DNA of 64,000 nucleotides from Bacteroidota bacterium (GTDB lineage: Bacteria; Bacteroidota; Bacteroidia; SXHM01): assembly GCA_947479755.1 (NCBI GenBank), contig CANKAM010000015.1:4441-68440 (forward strand), in the 5' to 3' direction. A model generated the notes under the pieces. That model was not told where the DNA came from. It ran no database searches and saw nothing but the letters and a program-made list of their open reading frames with translations. Shown piece after piece: positions 19,364 through 30,004 of this stretch; position 1 is the first letter of the stretch, and each line of letters starts with the position of its first letter. Position numbers and translations under genes: made by a program.

Positions 19364-21442
19364 CTAATTTGAGTTGGGGTGATAAATCCGCTCCGCATTC
19401 TTCAGAATTTCTTCTTTGTCAAACGTCATCGGTTTAAATTTTTCTTCAGAGAATAATTTCATCTGGTCAGTGAAGTGCGGACTATCGGGATGAGCTGATG
19501 CACCATAAGTATTTATTGAGTTAATTTCAACTCCAGCCTTTGAAAATTTTACCATCTGCATATACCCGTCACCACTGCCGATTTTGAAAATTCCATTTTT
19601 CTTGTCATACAATTTCGGGTCGGCAGCGCGTGGTACTTCACGCAAACCACTTGCCGCAAAACTTACCTCTCCACGAATATGCCTTTGCACGTCACCTAAC
19701 GCAATATCAATAGTGCCGTGTGTTTTCAGAAGAAATTTTTTGGCATACATCAACGCTTCCACCAAATCATTTTCAGGCACAGGTGTTTTTGCAATCATAA
19801 AAAAAGCAAATGGTGCGTCTAACTTTTTTGTCAGGTAATTATGCGTCAGCATGGCTAAAGCTGCTTCACGGTTATCTTTAGCACCATCTAAATTCCATTT
19901 CCTGATTTTCAATATAGCATCCGCTATTTCGGGATGTTTTTTTTCATCAAGCGAGTACATTTTTTTGAAATGCAATAAATAAGAAGAGGCAGAATCACTA
20001 TCATACGATTTATCAAATTTGATTCTGTGAAAATCATCCCACGAAAATTTGCCCTTGTGGTTTTCAAACAGATTTTTGAAACGCTCACCGCGATTGTAGG
20101 TAAATTTGTGTAAGCCCACAAAATCACCACCCCACTCACACTGCTCACCTGTGCAAAAAAGCGGAGTGTTATTGGCATTGTAGATATATCCGCAATCAGG
20201 ATTTGTTACAGTGGGCATTTTATCATATGGCACAATATCGGTCCACTTATAGTTGGATGATGTCCCTTCAATTGGTTGCCTCCAATCCAATTTCGGGTCG
20301 CGCAAAGGAACATTTCCTCCCGAATGCAAATAAATATTTCCCTCAACATCACCGTAAATAATATTGAAAAGCGGAATGGCTTTCATCTTTACTGCATTCT
20401 CAAACTCGGCAAAATTTTTTGCCTTATTCATCTGATACCATTGGTCAGTAGCACGTATATCATTATACGAAGGATAACGAATAGCAAATAAACCCTGCTT
20501 GCTTTTATAGGTTGGTCCATATTCGGTGAGGAGCACTTTTTTCTTTACACCGATTACCATTCCTGCAATTTTTACTTTCAGTTTAACATTGCGCACACCA
20601 AAGTTGCGCCAATCTCCATCATACTTGTATTGCTTTTTATTTTTCGGATTTATTTCAATTTTATAAATATCGCCAAACGTGTGGTAGTTGGTGGTGTGCG
20701 CCCATCCTAAATGTCTGTTCGTTCCTACAAAAATACTGGTGCCTCCCGGAAATAACCCACCAATAATATCCCAGCCTTCTTCGCTTTGCACATGTGCTTC
20801 ATACCATGCAAAGCGCCCTTCCAGCGGCTGATGCGAATTAATGGCTAGATACGTTTTTCCGTCTTCGGTTTGCGAAGGAGCAATTGCCATAGCATTAGAA
20901 CCAACATCATTTACCTCATAAAATTCTTTAATCCGATTGTCGCGAATAGACTTGATTGCCATACCCACACCAGCCAACAAGGAGGTTTGCAAAACAGAAC
21001 CCTTCAGCAAATCCATTTCGGTAATCGGAAACGCTTTTTTGTAAAGCACTTCTTTCGGATGTGCAGCAGCATATGAATTCAATCCCTCCACGAATCCTGA
21101 CAAAACTTTTTTGTATTCGGGCGAAATTTTGCTTTGATAATCTGCCTCAACAATAGAATCAATATTCAAAAACTGCAAACCAAAATCAAACAACACACCT
21201 TCTTTTCCCAACACTCTGCCAAGCATTTTTTTTCCTGCCAGAACATTATACTGAATGTTTTTAAAATCATCTTCGCTGTGCGCCCATGCCAGCCCGTAAG
21301 CTGCGTCAGCATCCGTTTTTCCGAAAATATGTGGAACGCCAAACGTATCGCGTGCAATTGTAACATCATGAGGATTTACCTGAGCAAAAAGAATTGCGGA
21401 ATGCGTTATAAAAAATAATAAGAGAACTGAAAAACGAATCAT
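19364..21442 (-). CDS. Penicillin acylase family protein (Ntn-hydrolase, S45; candidate acyl-homoserine-lactone acylase)
   Basis: A signal peptide is followed by the diagnostic N-terminal block RDTFGVPHIFGKTDADAAYGLAWAHSEDDF (the RDxxGVPHI..D..YG.GYA.AEDR motif of PGA/PvdQ/QuiP). The length is about 690 aa. Confidence 0.8.
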   Translation of the reverse strand: MIRFSVLLLFFITHSAILFAQVNPHDVTIARDTFGVPHIFGKTDADAAYGLAWAHSEDDFKNIQYNVLAGKKMLGRVLGKEGVLFDFGLQFLNIDSIVEADYQSKISPEYKKVLSGFVEGLNSYAAAHPKEVLYKKAFPITEMDLLKGSVLQTSLLAGVGMAIKSIRDNRIKEFYEVNDVGSNAMAIAPSQTEDGKTYLAINSHQPLEGRFAWYEAHVQSEEGWDIIGGLFPGGTSIFVGTNRHLGWAHTTNYHTFGDIYKIEINPKNKKQYKYDGDWRNFGVRNVKLKVKIAGMVIGVKKKVLLTEYGPTYKSKQGLFAIRYPSYNDIRATDQWYQMNKAKNFAEFENAVKMKAIPLFNIIYGDVEGNIYLHSGGNVPLRDPKLDWRQPIEGTSSNYKWTDIVPYDKMPTVTNPDCGYIYNANNTPLFCTGEQCEWGGDFVGLHKFTYNRGERFKNLFENHKGKFSWDDFHRIKFDKSYDSDSASSYLLHFKKMYSLDEKKHPEIADAILKIRKWNLDGAKDNREAALAMLTHNYLTKKLDAPFAFFMIAKTPVPENDLVEALMYAKKFLLKTHGTIDIALGDVQRHIRGEVSFAASGLREVPRAADPKLYDKKNGIFKIGSGDGYMQMVKFSKAGVEINSINTYGASAHPDSPHFTDQMKLFSEEKFKPMTFDKEEILKNAERIYHPNSN

Positions 21443-21592
21443 AAACGAAGTGTGAAAAATTATATTCGGCTAAAATACAGAACCACTAAAGACATGCAGC
21501 ATATATTCGTATTAAATAATTACTAATCAGATTTCATTTTCATTTGTTATGTTTCTTTACGTTCTTTGTCATTGCAAACGCTTAGTAAATTT

Positions 21593-22561
21593 ATGTCAAG
21601 AATTTTAACAGGAATACAAAGTTCAGGAATACCTCATCTGGGAAATATACTCGGTGCTGTGATGCCTGCCATTGAGCTATCAAAAAAATCAGAAAACGAA
21701 TCATTTTTCTTTATAGCCGATTTACATTCGCTTACTACTATTAAGGATGCGGCTGTGCGGAAACATAATGTGCATTCTGTTGCAGCAACCTGGTTAGCGT
21801 TTGGTTTTGATACAGAAAAAAATTATTTCTACCGCCAGAGTGATATTAAAGAAGTTACTGAACTTACCTGGTATCTGAGTTGCTTCACACCTTTCCCAAT
21901 GCTGGCAAACGCACATTCTTTCAAAGACAAATCCGATAAACTTTCTGACGTTAATGCAGGACTTTTTACCTATCCCGTTTTAATGGCGTGTGATATTTTG
22001 TTGTATGACGCAAAGTATGTTCCTGTTGGAAAAGACCAGATGCAGCATCTTGAAATGGCACGCGACATTGCTGAATCATTTAATCATAAATACGGAGAAA
22101 CATTTGTTGTGCCTGAAGGAAAAGTGGATGAAAACGTGATGATTGTTCCCGGAATTGACGGACAGAAAATGAGTAAATCTTATAACAACTTCATTGATAT
22201 TTTTCTTTCTGATAAAGAATTAAAGAAAGTGGTGTTATCAATTATTACCGACAGCACACCGCTTGAACAACCCAAAAACCCTGACACCTGTAACGTTTTT
22301 GCATTGTATAAGTTAGTGGCTTCACCTCAGCAAACAGAAGAAATGCGCCAGAATTATTTGCGTGGCGGCTATGGTTACGGTCATGCAAAAACTGCTCTTT
22401 ACGAAGTGATTATTCAGCGTTTTGAAAAAGAACGCAGACAATACAATGAATATATGAGCAACCCTGCCGAGCTTGAAAAGCAATTAAAAGCAGGTGCCGA
22501 TAAAGCCCGTAAAATTGCGGTAGAAGTGATTGGGAGGGTGAGGGATAAGATTGGATTTTAG
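21593..22561 (+). CDS. trpS: Tryptophan--tRNA ligase
   Basis: A class I aaRS with the HIGH-like GIQSSGIPHLGN block and KMSKS (QKMSKSYNN). The ORF opens at 21566, but the conserved N-terminus starts at ATG 21593. Confidence 0.9.
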   Translation: MSRILTGIQSSGIPHLGNILGAVMPAIELSKKSENESFFFIADLHSLTTIKDAAVRKHNVHSVAATWLAFGFDTEKNYFYRQSDIKEVTELTWYLSCFTPFPMLANAHSFKDKSDKLSDVNAGLFTYPVLMACDILLYDAKYVPVGKDQMQHLEMARDIAESFNHKYGETFVVPEGKVDENVMIVPGIDGQKMSKSYNNFIDIFLSDKELKKVVLSIITDSTPLEQPKNPDTCNVFALYKLVASPQQTEEMRQNYLRGGYGYGHAKTALYEVIIQRFEKERRQYNEYMSNPAELEKQLKAGADKARKIAVEVIGRVRDKIGF

Positions 22562-22564
22562 GCT

Positions 22565-22590
22565 GTCACCCTGAGCGTAGTCAAAGGGTC
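22565..22590. repeat. REP-like unit GTCACCCTGAGCGTAGTCAAAGGGTC between convergent trpS and DinB-family genes
   Basis: It is a hairpin (accct..agggt) of the same GTCACCCTGA family. A near-identical 25-mer is embedded in the CDS at 9786-9810. Confidence 0.6.
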
Positions 22591-22591
22591 T

Positions 22592-23116
22592 TTACTTTTC
22601 TAAATTCCTCTTCGTAATCTCCAAATGCTGATTAACATGGTGCATTGTGAAATACAACATTTCGCGCACCGTTAGTTTTCCTAAAAGTGGATGCGGCAAA
22701 ATGTATTCATCCAATTGCTGTTCAGAAAATAAGTTGACTTGTTTGCAAAGTTTTTCAACTTTTGAATTTACCTGTTTGCAGAGTATCTCTTTTTTGTCAT
22801 AGTCGATTGCAGGCGGAACAAATGCTCCTGTTGCAACACCTCCCTTTGCCAGTTTCTCTTTGTATTTACTAACCAATTCATCATACGATTTGGAAGGGCG
22901 GTTTGCTTTACCAAATAACAAACCCGGAATAAACTTAGGAAGCATAAACGCCTGCACCAATGGTGAAACACTTCTAACAATATGGTCTGACTGTTGCCCT
23001 GCTGACCATTTGCCATCTTTTGAAAAAGTAAAGTCTCTTTCATTTAGTGATTGAATGTAGGTGGTGAAAGTTTTATGTCTTTCGTTGAGTTGTGTGGAAA
23101 TTTGTTGTTTGGTCAT
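22592..23116 (-). CDS. DinB-family (DinB_2) protein
   Basis: The 174-aa protein is all-helical and its C-terminus ..HHVNQHLEI.. is DinB_2-like. It contains an internal in-frame duplication LCKQVN. Confidence 0.45.
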   Translation of the reverse strand: MTKQQISTQLNERHKTFTTYIQSLNERDFTFSKDGKWSAGQQSDHIVRSVSPLVQAFMLPKFIPGLLFGKANRPSKSYDELVSKYKEKLAKGGVATGAFVPPAIDYDKKEILCKQVNSKVEKLCKQVNLFSEQQLDEYILPHPLLGKLTVREMLYFTMHHVNQHLEITKRNLEK

Positions 23117-23121
23117 AAACT

Positions 23122-23895
23122 TTAGCTAGCCATTTTTAAATTTTTCGCATAGTTAATCGCTTCAAAAGTATTAGTAACATTCAGTTTTTCAATAATCCTT
23201 TGACGGTGTGTATTTACAGTATGAACACTTATAAAAAGCTTATCTGCAATTTGCTTACTGATAAAGCCTTTTGCAATAAGGTCAAGAACTTCAATTTCGC
23301 GAGATGAAAGAAGTTGGTCTTCGCTTTCTTCATTTGGAAGAACAAATAATTCACCAGTATTAATATTAATTAATCTTGCCCTGAAGGGTGCTTCCATATC
23401 CTGATCTGATGAAATATCCATAAAGCAAAGGGCCAACCAAACATTTCCATCCTTATCTAATTCAAGCCCCTGAAATTGTTCCACTACTCTCAACATTTCA
23501 CCTTTACCGTTTAGTATTCTGTAATCAGTAATCAGTTTATAGTCCTTCCTTTTTTCAGGGCTAAGACTAAAAGCAAGTTTAAGAAAATACGTTCCTGTCT
23601 TTATAAGGGTATTGAGGTCTTCCGGATAAACTTTTCGGTCAAAATAGTCTGTTCCTTCTTTATGTGCTTCATCAATATTATAACCTAAAGTAGATTCAAA
23701 CTTTTTAGATAGAAAAACATGCTCCCGTTTACATAAATCAAAAATGGAGATAGAACTACCTTTAATTACATCCAATTGATTAAGAAAAGACAGGTGTTTA
23801 TCCAATATAGCATAGTCAAGTGCATCAACATCAAACTGCTGTGTTTCCAGCACAGCAGCATATTTCATCATACTCTTTTGTATTTCTTCTTCCAT
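23122..23895 (-). CDS. LuxR-family transcriptional regulator with N-terminal PAS-like sensor domain
   Basis: The C-terminal HTH LSSREIEVLDLIAKGFISKQIADKLFISVHTVNTHRQRIIEKL is of the LuxR/GerE type. It is divergently arranged from the TonB-dependent receptor at 23971. Confidence 0.75.
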   Translation of the reverse strand: MEEEIQKSMMKYAAVLETQQFDVDALDYAILDKHLSFLNQLDVIKGSSISIFDLCKREHVFLSKKFESTLGYNIDEAHKEGTDYFDRKVYPEDLNTLIKTGTYFLKLAFSLSPEKRKDYKLITDYRILNGKGEMLRVVEQFQGLELDKDGNVWLALCFMDISSDQDMEAPFRARLININTGELFVLPNEESEDQLLSSREIEVLDLIAKGFISKQIADKLFISVHTVNTHRQRIIEKLNVTNTFEAINYAKNLKMAS

Positions 23896-23970
23896 AGATT
23901 AATGATAAATCAGTATTGCAGGGAGTATATACACTACTGAACTTTGCCCAAAGTTAAAACTCTAAAATCT

Positions 23971-26325
23971 ATGCGCACAATTATAAATCATTTAACCGTT
24001 GTTTTTCTGTTCTTTTTCCTCATTGGGGAACTACAATCACAAATCATTACACAAACATTGCGGGGCAAAGTGATTGATTCAGAAAATCTAAGTCCCCTCC
24101 CATTTACAAATGTTTCATTGCCCGGAACTGATCCCTTACTTGGAACAACAACAGATATAGATGGAAATTTCAGAATAGAAAAAATTCCTGTAGGGAGGCA
24201 TGAAGTAAAAGCAAGTTTTATAGGATATGAAACAACTGTAATGCGTGAAATCATTTTGAATTCGGCTAAAGAAACTGTAATTGAAATCAAATTGAAAGAA
24301 TCAATAACATCACTTGGCGAAATTGTAATTAAAGCAACGGATAAAAAAGAATCCGCATTAAATACAATGGCTATTGTAAGTGCCAGACAATTGAGTGTGG
24401 AAGAGGCTTCGCGGTATGCAGGAGGTTTTAATGATCCTGCACGCGTTGCTGCTTCTTTTGCCGGTGTTGCGGGCAACATGGGCAACAACGGTATTGTTAT
24501 CCGAGGAAATGCACCCCGCGCGCTGCTCTGGAGAATGGAGGGAGTAGAGATCCCAAATCCAAATCATTTTGCAGACATTCTTTCTTTCGGAGCAGGCGGA
24601 CTAACTGCACTCAGCAGCCAGATGCTAGCCAATTCTGATTTTTTTACCGGTGCTTTTCCTGCTGAGTATGGTAATGCTTTGTCGGGTATAATGGATTTAC
24701 AATTGCGCAGCGGCAATAATCAAAAGCGCGAACATACTCTTCAAATAGGAGGAATTGGACTTGACGCCTCTTCTGAAGGGCCATTCAAAAAAGGGAAACG
24801 CTCGTCTTACCTTTTCAATTATCGCTATTCAACTCTGGCATTACTTTCACCAATTCTTCCGGAAGATGCACAGGGAACCCGTTATCAGGATTTGGCCTTT
24901 AAGCTTAATTTTCCTACAAAAAAGGCAGGAACATTTTCTTTATGGGGTTTAGGAGCAGACGATGTTTCGCAGGCAGAAGCGGAAACAAACTCAACTCTTT
25001 GGACTTATGATCAGGATAAAGAACAGCAGGACAGTCGCCAAAGCATGGGAGCCGTTGGTCTAAATCATAAAATGATTTTGTCTGAAAAATCTTATCTCCA
25101 TACTGTACTTTCAGCCTCGGGCAATCGTGTGGAAGTTGAAACTAAGCAAATGGATAGTTTGATTCAATTACAACCTTTGGAAAAAATAAAAAACAATAAT
25201 TGGAAATATACCTTATCAACTTATCTGAATACCAAATTCAGTGCAAGGCATACAAACAGAACTGGAATTATTGTGAATAATCTCAATTACAATGTTCAGC
25301 TCAGAAACGCACAGAAAGCTGGCGATTCAGTACTTACCGTTGCTGATGAAAAAGGTAGTGCTTATTTTTTGCAAGGTTATTCCCAATCCAAATTTGACAT
25401 TTCGCAAAAATTATTTCTAAACATTGGATTTCATTTTCAATACCTGACATTAACCGGAAAATATTCGCTTGAGCCCAGAGCCGGTATGAGTTGGAATATT
25501 AATGATAGAAATGCCTTTAGCTTTGGTTATGGATTACATAGCCGCATTGAAATGATTGGCATTTACCTTTCACAACAGCAAAACGGTTCAGGTATTGTTC
25601 AACCAAACAAAAATCTTGACTTCGCAAAAGCTCATCATTTTGTTCTTGCTTACGATTTGCAAATTAATGAATTCACACGATTTAAAATTGAACCTTATTA
25701 CCAGATTCTTTTCAATGTTCCTGTTGTGGAGAACACATCATTTTCACTCACCAATCTGGATCAAAACTGGTTTGTAAACCAAACATTTGCAAACAAAGGA
25801 GAAGGAAGAAATATGGGAATTGACTTTACTCTTGAACGATTTGTAAAAAAAGGATTTTACTACCTCTTTACCACATCAATATTTGATTCGCAGTATAAAG
25901 GAGGTGATGGGATCTGGCGCTCATCACGATATAACAAAAACTACATTTTTAATCTTACAACCGGTAAGGAGTGGAATATCGGGAGGCAGAAACAACATAT
26001 TTTCAGTATGAATGTGCGACTTACTTATCAGGGTGGTGATCGCATCAGTCCAGTTGATGAGCAAACGACATTAGCTTTGAAAGAAGTAATATATGACGAA
26101 ACAAAAGCATTCAGCGAACAAAAACCGAATGCACTGTTGCTGCACTTTACAGTTAATCTTCAACGAAACCGTCCAAAGTTTTCGGGGACATGGTCACTAC
26201 AAATTTTAAATATTCTGGGGAATAAAGAGTTCTACGGTTATCGCTATAATCATAAAACAGGAACAATTGACCCTTTTAAGGAGGCAATCTTGTTGCCCAA
26301 TATCAGCTATAAGATTCAGTTTTAA
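23971..26325 (+). CDS. TonB-dependent receptor (paralogue of 16648..18981)
   Basis: A signal peptide is followed by ..LRGKVIDSENLSPLPFTNVSL.. (CarbopepD_reg-like), a plug, a barrel, and a terminal ..ISYKIQF. The ORF opens at 23944. Confidence 0.85.
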   Translation: MRTIINHLTVVFLFFFLIGELQSQIITQTLRGKVIDSENLSPLPFTNVSLPGTDPLLGTTTDIDGNFRIEKIPVGRHEVKASFIGYETTVMREIILNSAKETVIEIKLKESITSLGEIVIKATDKKESALNTMAIVSARQLSVEEASRYAGGFNDPARVAASFAGVAGNMGNNGIVIRGNAPRALLWRMEGVEIPNPNHFADILSFGAGGLTALSSQMLANSDFFTGAFPAEYGNALSGIMDLQLRSGNNQKREHTLQIGGIGLDASSEGPFKKGKRSSYLFNYRYSTLALLSPILPEDAQGTRYQDLAFKLNFPTKKAGTFSLWGLGADDVSQAEAETNSTLWTYDQDKEQQDSRQSMGAVGLNHKMILSEKSYLHTVLSASGNRVEVETKQMDSLIQLQPLEKIKNNNWKYTLSTYLNTKFSARHTNRTGIIVNNLNYNVQLRNAQKAGDSVLTVADEKGSAYFLQGYSQSKFDISQKLFLNIGFHFQYLTLTGKYSLEPRAGMSWNINDRNAFSFGYGLHSRIEMIGIYLSQQQNGSGIVQPNKNLDFAKAHHFVLAYDLQINEFTRFKIEPYYQILFNVPVVENTSFSLTNLDQNWFVNQTFANKGEGRNMGIDFTLERFVKKGFYYLFTTSIFDSQYKGGDGIWRSSRYNKNYIFNLTTGKEWNIGRQKQHIFSMNVRLTYQGGDRISPVDEQTTLALKEVIYDETKAFSEQKPNALLLHFTVNLQRNRPKFSGTWSLQILNILGNKEFYGYRYNHKTGTIDPFKEAILLPNISYKIQF

Positions 26326-27421
26326 ATCTGGTTATGTTAACCTCTTTATCCAGTGGCTGGTTATTTTCTATATGCCCTGCGAATTGCTTTGCAAAAAACG
26401 GTGCAATCATCACACCTTTTGTTCCCATGCCGTTAAAAATTCCTATGCGTTTATCTTCAGAATGCAGGCCAATCAATGGTCTGCGGTCTTTTACTGTTGG
26501 GCGAATTGCAGCAGCCTGATCAAGGATTTGATAATCACATTTCAAAACCTTTTTCAGTTTTTCAACTAAATCTGTTTTTCCTTTTTCGGTTGGAATAACA
26601 GTTAAGTCGTCCCAGTCATAAGTTGCTCCTACTTTAAAAACATCATCGAATTGATGAGCCACATAAATACCTTTTGAAATAATATTTTTAGGCAAGAAAT
26701 CTTTGATACGAATAGTCAGCATCTCACCTTTTGTCAAAACAAAGGGAAGGTTTTTAAAGAACTTATTTTCAGTTGCAAGACTTCCTTCACAGAAAATTAT
26801 TTTTTCAGCGGATACATTTTCCCATTCTAATAATTCAACAGAGGTATTCAACTTTTCATAATCCAGTTTTTTTATGCTGAGTAATTTATTAGCGATTAAA
26901 AATTTACGGTAGGCACTCAGCAACTTTGGTGTATCCAGCCAACCTGAACTCAACACATTTGCACTGCCCAATTCATCATTTACAATAGTTGTGTATTGTG
27001 ATTGCTCTTTTGTAGTATCCAGAAAAGCCATAGCCTCACCATTGTGCATTTTCTTCTCCCAAAAAGTGCGTTCATCTTTTGAAGAGAATAATTTCAGAAT
27101 TGTGTTTTTGTGCAAAGCTTTTACACCAAGCGCATTTTCCATCTCTTTATAAAGCTCTTCAGCAACCGGAATTAGTTCATCTGCCTTCCAGCTTTTGGTC
27201 ATGCGCTTAAACACAACCGGGTTGTATATACCAAGTGCAATTTCAGATGAATTTGGTTTATCGCGGTGGTCAACAACCAACACTTTTTTACCTTGCTGCA
27301 TCAGTGTCCACGATAACACTGTTCCTGCTATTCCTTGACCAACTATGATGTAATCGTAATGCAAATTACAACGGAATATTTCCGTGCTTTTTCTTAGGCA
27401 ACTTTGCAACTTTTGTCTCAA
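26303..27421 (-). CDS. FAD-dependent oxidoreductase (DAO/amino-acid-oxidase-like)
   Basis: It has a Rossmann dinucleotide motif [21 protein letters not shown] and a C-terminal ..[16 protein letters not shown].. The ATG at 27421 would overlap the upstream gene by 56 nt. The alternative TTG at 27364 gives the canonical N-terminus MHYDYIIVG. Confidence 0.65.
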   Translation of the reverse strand: MRQKLQSCLRKSTEIFRCNLHYDYIIVGQGIAGTVLSWTLMQQGKKVLVVDHRDKPNSSEIALGIYNPVVFKRMTKSWKADELIPVAEELYKEMENALGVKALHKNTILKLFSSKDERTFWEKKMHNGEAMAFLDTTKEQSQYTTIVNDELGSANVLSSGWLDTPKLLSAYRKFLIANKLLSIKKLDYEKLNTSVELLEWENVSAEKIIFCEGSLATENKFFKNLPFVLTKGEMLTIRIKDFLPKNIISKGIYVAHQFDDVFKVGATYDWDDLTVIPTEKGKTDLVEKLKKVLKCDYQILDQAAAIRPTVKDRRPLIGLHSEDKRIGIFNGMGTKGVMIAPFFAKQFAGHIENNQPLDKEVNITRFKTESYS

Positions 27422-28886
27422 GCATTTTAAACGCCTTGATTAATTTCTCACGCGTTTGCTCAGGAACAATTACTTCATCAACATAGCCTCTTTCTGCCGC
27501 ACGGTAAGGATTTGCAAAGTGTTCTGTGTATTCCTCTTCTTTCTTTTTCAAATCTTTTTCGCCTTTGAAAATAATTTCCACTGCACCTTTCGGCCCCATC
27601 ACGGCAATCTCAGCAGAAGGCCATGCGTAGTTCATATCAGCGCCAATATGTTTACTGTTCATCACATCATACGCGCCACCATAAGCTTTGCGGGTGATAA
27701 CTGTTATGCGTGGCACTGTAGCTTCACTGAATGCATACAGCAATTTTGCTCCGTTGGTAATAATGCCGTGCCACTCCTGGTCGGTGCCGGGAAGAAAGCC
27801 GGGAACATCTTCAAACACAAGCAAAGGAATATTAAACGCATCACAGAAACGCACAAAGCGCGCGGCTTTTGCAGATGAATTAATATCCAGAACTCCAGCT
27901 AAAAATGCAGGTTGATTTGCAACAACACCAATGCTTTTTCCGGCAAGTCGTGCAAAACCAACCACCATATTTTCTGCAAAGTTTTTATGCACCTCAAAAA
28001 AAGTTCCCTCATCAATTACGCCATCAATCACCTCGCGCATATCGTAAGGTTGATTTGGGTTTTCCGGAATAATATTATTCAGTTTAGGGCGACTTTCGCT
28101 TTCAGGTTTATCATAAGGAATTGATGGTGCTTCTTCTTCGCAATTCTGAGGAATATAGCTCAGCAATTTTTTGATGTAGGTAATACATTCCAATCCATTT
28201 GCACAAGAAAAATGCGTTACTCCTGATTTTGTTGAATGTGTTGATGCGCCACCCAATTCTTCACTGGTTACTTCTTCATGTGTAACTGTTTTCACCACAT
28301 TGGGGCCTGTTACAAACATGTAGGAAGTATTTTCTACCATCAGGATAAAGTCAGTCAAAGCAGGCGAATAAACTGCTCCACCTGCGCATGGGCCCATAAT
28401 CGCAGAAATCTGAGGAATAACTCCTGAAGCTAATGTGTTGCGATAAAAAATATCCGCATAACCGCCCAACGAAACAACACCTTCCTGAATACGTGCGCCA
28501 CCTGAATCATTTAGCCCGATAACAGGAGCACCGTTTTGCATTGCCAGATCCATAATGCGACAGATTTTTTCTGCATGTGCTTCAGCCAATGAACCACCAA
28601 ACACCGTAAAATCCTGCGCAAAAACATAGACCATTCTTCCTGAAATAGTGCCATAGCCTGTAACAACTCCATCACCAAGAAATTTTTGTTTCTCCAATCC
28701 AAATTCCTGTGAGCGGTGGGTTACAAACATTCCGATTTCTTCAAACGAACCTTCGTCCAGTAAAAAATGTATGCGCTCACGTGCGGTCAGCTTTCCTTTT
28801 TTGTGTTGTGATTTTATGCGCTCTTCACCGCCACCTAATTTGGCTTCGGCAATTTTACCCTCAAGTTCTTTTATTTTCTTTTTCAT
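27366..28886 (-). CDS. Acyl-CoA carboxylase carboxyltransferase subunit (propionyl-CoA carboxylase beta / methylmalonyl-CoA decarboxylase alpha family)
   Basis: The 506-aa protein has an N-terminal biotin-handling coiled segment and tandem crotonase-fold CT domains (..[28 protein letters not shown].., ..[17 protein letters not shown]..). Confidence 0.88.
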   Translation of the reverse strand: MKKKIKELEGKIAEAKLGGGEERIKSQHKKGKLTARERIHFLLDEGSFEEIGMFVTHRSQEFGLEKQKFLGDGVVTGYGTISGRMVYVFAQDFTVFGGSLAEAHAEKICRIMDLAMQNGAPVIGLNDSGGARIQEGVVSLGGYADIFYRNTLASGVIPQISAIMGPCAGGAVYSPALTDFILMVENTSYMFVTGPNVVKTVTHEEVTSEELGGASTHSTKSGVTHFSCANGLECITYIKKLLSYIPQNCEEEAPSIPYDKPESESRPKLNNIIPENPNQPYDMREVIDGVIDEGTFFEVHKNFAENMVVGFARLAGKSIGVVANQPAFLAGVLDINSSAKAARFVRFCDAFNIPLLVFEDVPGFLPGTDQEWHGIITNGAKLLYAFSEATVPRITVITRKAYGGAYDVMNSKHIGADMNYAWPSAEIAVMGPKGAVEIIFKGEKDLKKKEEEYTEHFANPYRAAERGYVDEVIVPEQTREKLIKAFKMLETKVAKLPKKKHGNIPL

Positions 28887-29918
28887 TTAAAGCGCAGATT
28901 TAAACTGGTTTAAAAACCTTACATCATTTTCAAAAAATAAACGCAAATCGTTGATGCGGTATTTCAGCATCGTGATGCGTTCAATTCCCATTCCGAAAGC
29001 AAAGCCGGTGTATTTTTTACTGTCAATGCCGCAATTTTCCAAGACATTCGGGTCAACCATTCCGCAACCCAGAATTTCTACCCAGCCTGAATATTTGCAA
29101 ATGTTACAACCTTTTCCTTCGCAGATAAAACACGAAACATCCATCTCCGCACTTGGCTCGGTGAAAGGAAAATAAGAAGGGCGCAAACGGATTTGGGTTT
29201 TCTCACCAAACATTTCACGGGCAAAATAAAGCAGCGTTTGTTTCAGGTCAGCAAACGAAACATTTTCGTCAATATAAAGTCCTTCTACCTGATGAAAAAT
29301 ACAGTGTGCTCGGGCAGAAATTGCTTCATTACGAAAAACTCTGCCAGGCATAATGCTGCGAAAAGGCGGTTTGCCACTTTCCATCAAACGCACCTGCACC
29401 GATGAAGTATGTGTGCGTAACGCAATCGAGTTCTTCTTATTGGTAACATCAATGAAAAAGGTGTCCTGCATATCGCGAGCAGGATGCTCTTCAGGGAAAT
29501 TCAACGCAGAGAAATTATGCCAGTCATCTTCTATTTCCTGTCCGTCCTGAACGGTATATCCAATGCGCGAAAAAATACTGATGATTTCATTTCGAATAAT
29601 TGAAAGTGGATGGCGTGAACCCGACTCGGCAGGCTCACCTGGAGCTGTCAAATCAAAATCAACGGTGCTTGTGTCAACTGAATTTTCAAGCTTTTCTTTT
29701 AATTCATTAAACTTTGTTTCAGCTGCGGTTTTTACTTCGTTCAGTTTTTTACCAACTTCACGCTTTTGTTCGTTGGGAACGGTTTTAAATTCTTCAAAAA
29801 GCTCTGTCAGTAAGCCTTTACGAGATAAATATTTTAAACGGAAGTTTTCAAGTTCATCAACCGTTGTAGGTTGCAAACCATTGATTTCTTCCAGTATTGA
29901 ATTCAGTTTTTTCTGCAT
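28887..29918 (-). CDS. pheS: Phenylalanine--tRNA ligase alpha subunit
   Basis: It has class II aaRS motifs (..FRPSYFPFTEPS.., ..GFAFGMGIERITML..) and a length of 343 aa. Confidence 0.92.
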   Translation of the reverse strand: MQKKLNSILEEINGLQPTTVDELENFRLKYLSRKGLLTELFEEFKTVPNEQKREVGKKLNEVKTAAETKFNELKEKLENSVDTSTVDFDLTAPGEPAESGSRHPLSIIRNEIISIFSRIGYTVQDGQEIEDDWHNFSALNFPEEHPARDMQDTFFIDVTNKKNSIALRTHTSSVQVRLMESGKPPFRSIMPGRVFRNEAISARAHCIFHQVEGLYIDENVSFADLKQTLLYFAREMFGEKTQIRLRPSYFPFTEPSAEMDVSCFICEGKGCNICKYSGWVEILGCGMVDPNVLENCGIDSKKYTGFAFGMGIERITMLKYRINDLRLFFENDVRFLNQFKSAL

Positions 29919-30004
29919 AAATTTTTAAAACGAGGCGTAAAGTTGCATAAATTCTTAAATAATCGTGCTTTCGCTTATCTTTGCGCCCGCAAAATATTAC
30001 AATC

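Noticed and set aside
22700-22790. Short in-frame direct duplication inside the DinB-family gene (LCKQVN...LCKQVN, about 13-nt repeats 30 nt apart)
   Set aside because: It is a small local duplication within a CDS with no evident regulatory or mobile role, so it is noted only.
26303-27421. Possible 56-nt same-strand overlap between the FAD oxidoreductase and the carboxyltransferase gene
   Set aside because: It is probably a start-codon call artefact. A TTG at 27364 gives the canonical [11 protein letters not shown] N-terminus, leaving only a 1-nt gap after the upstream stop.
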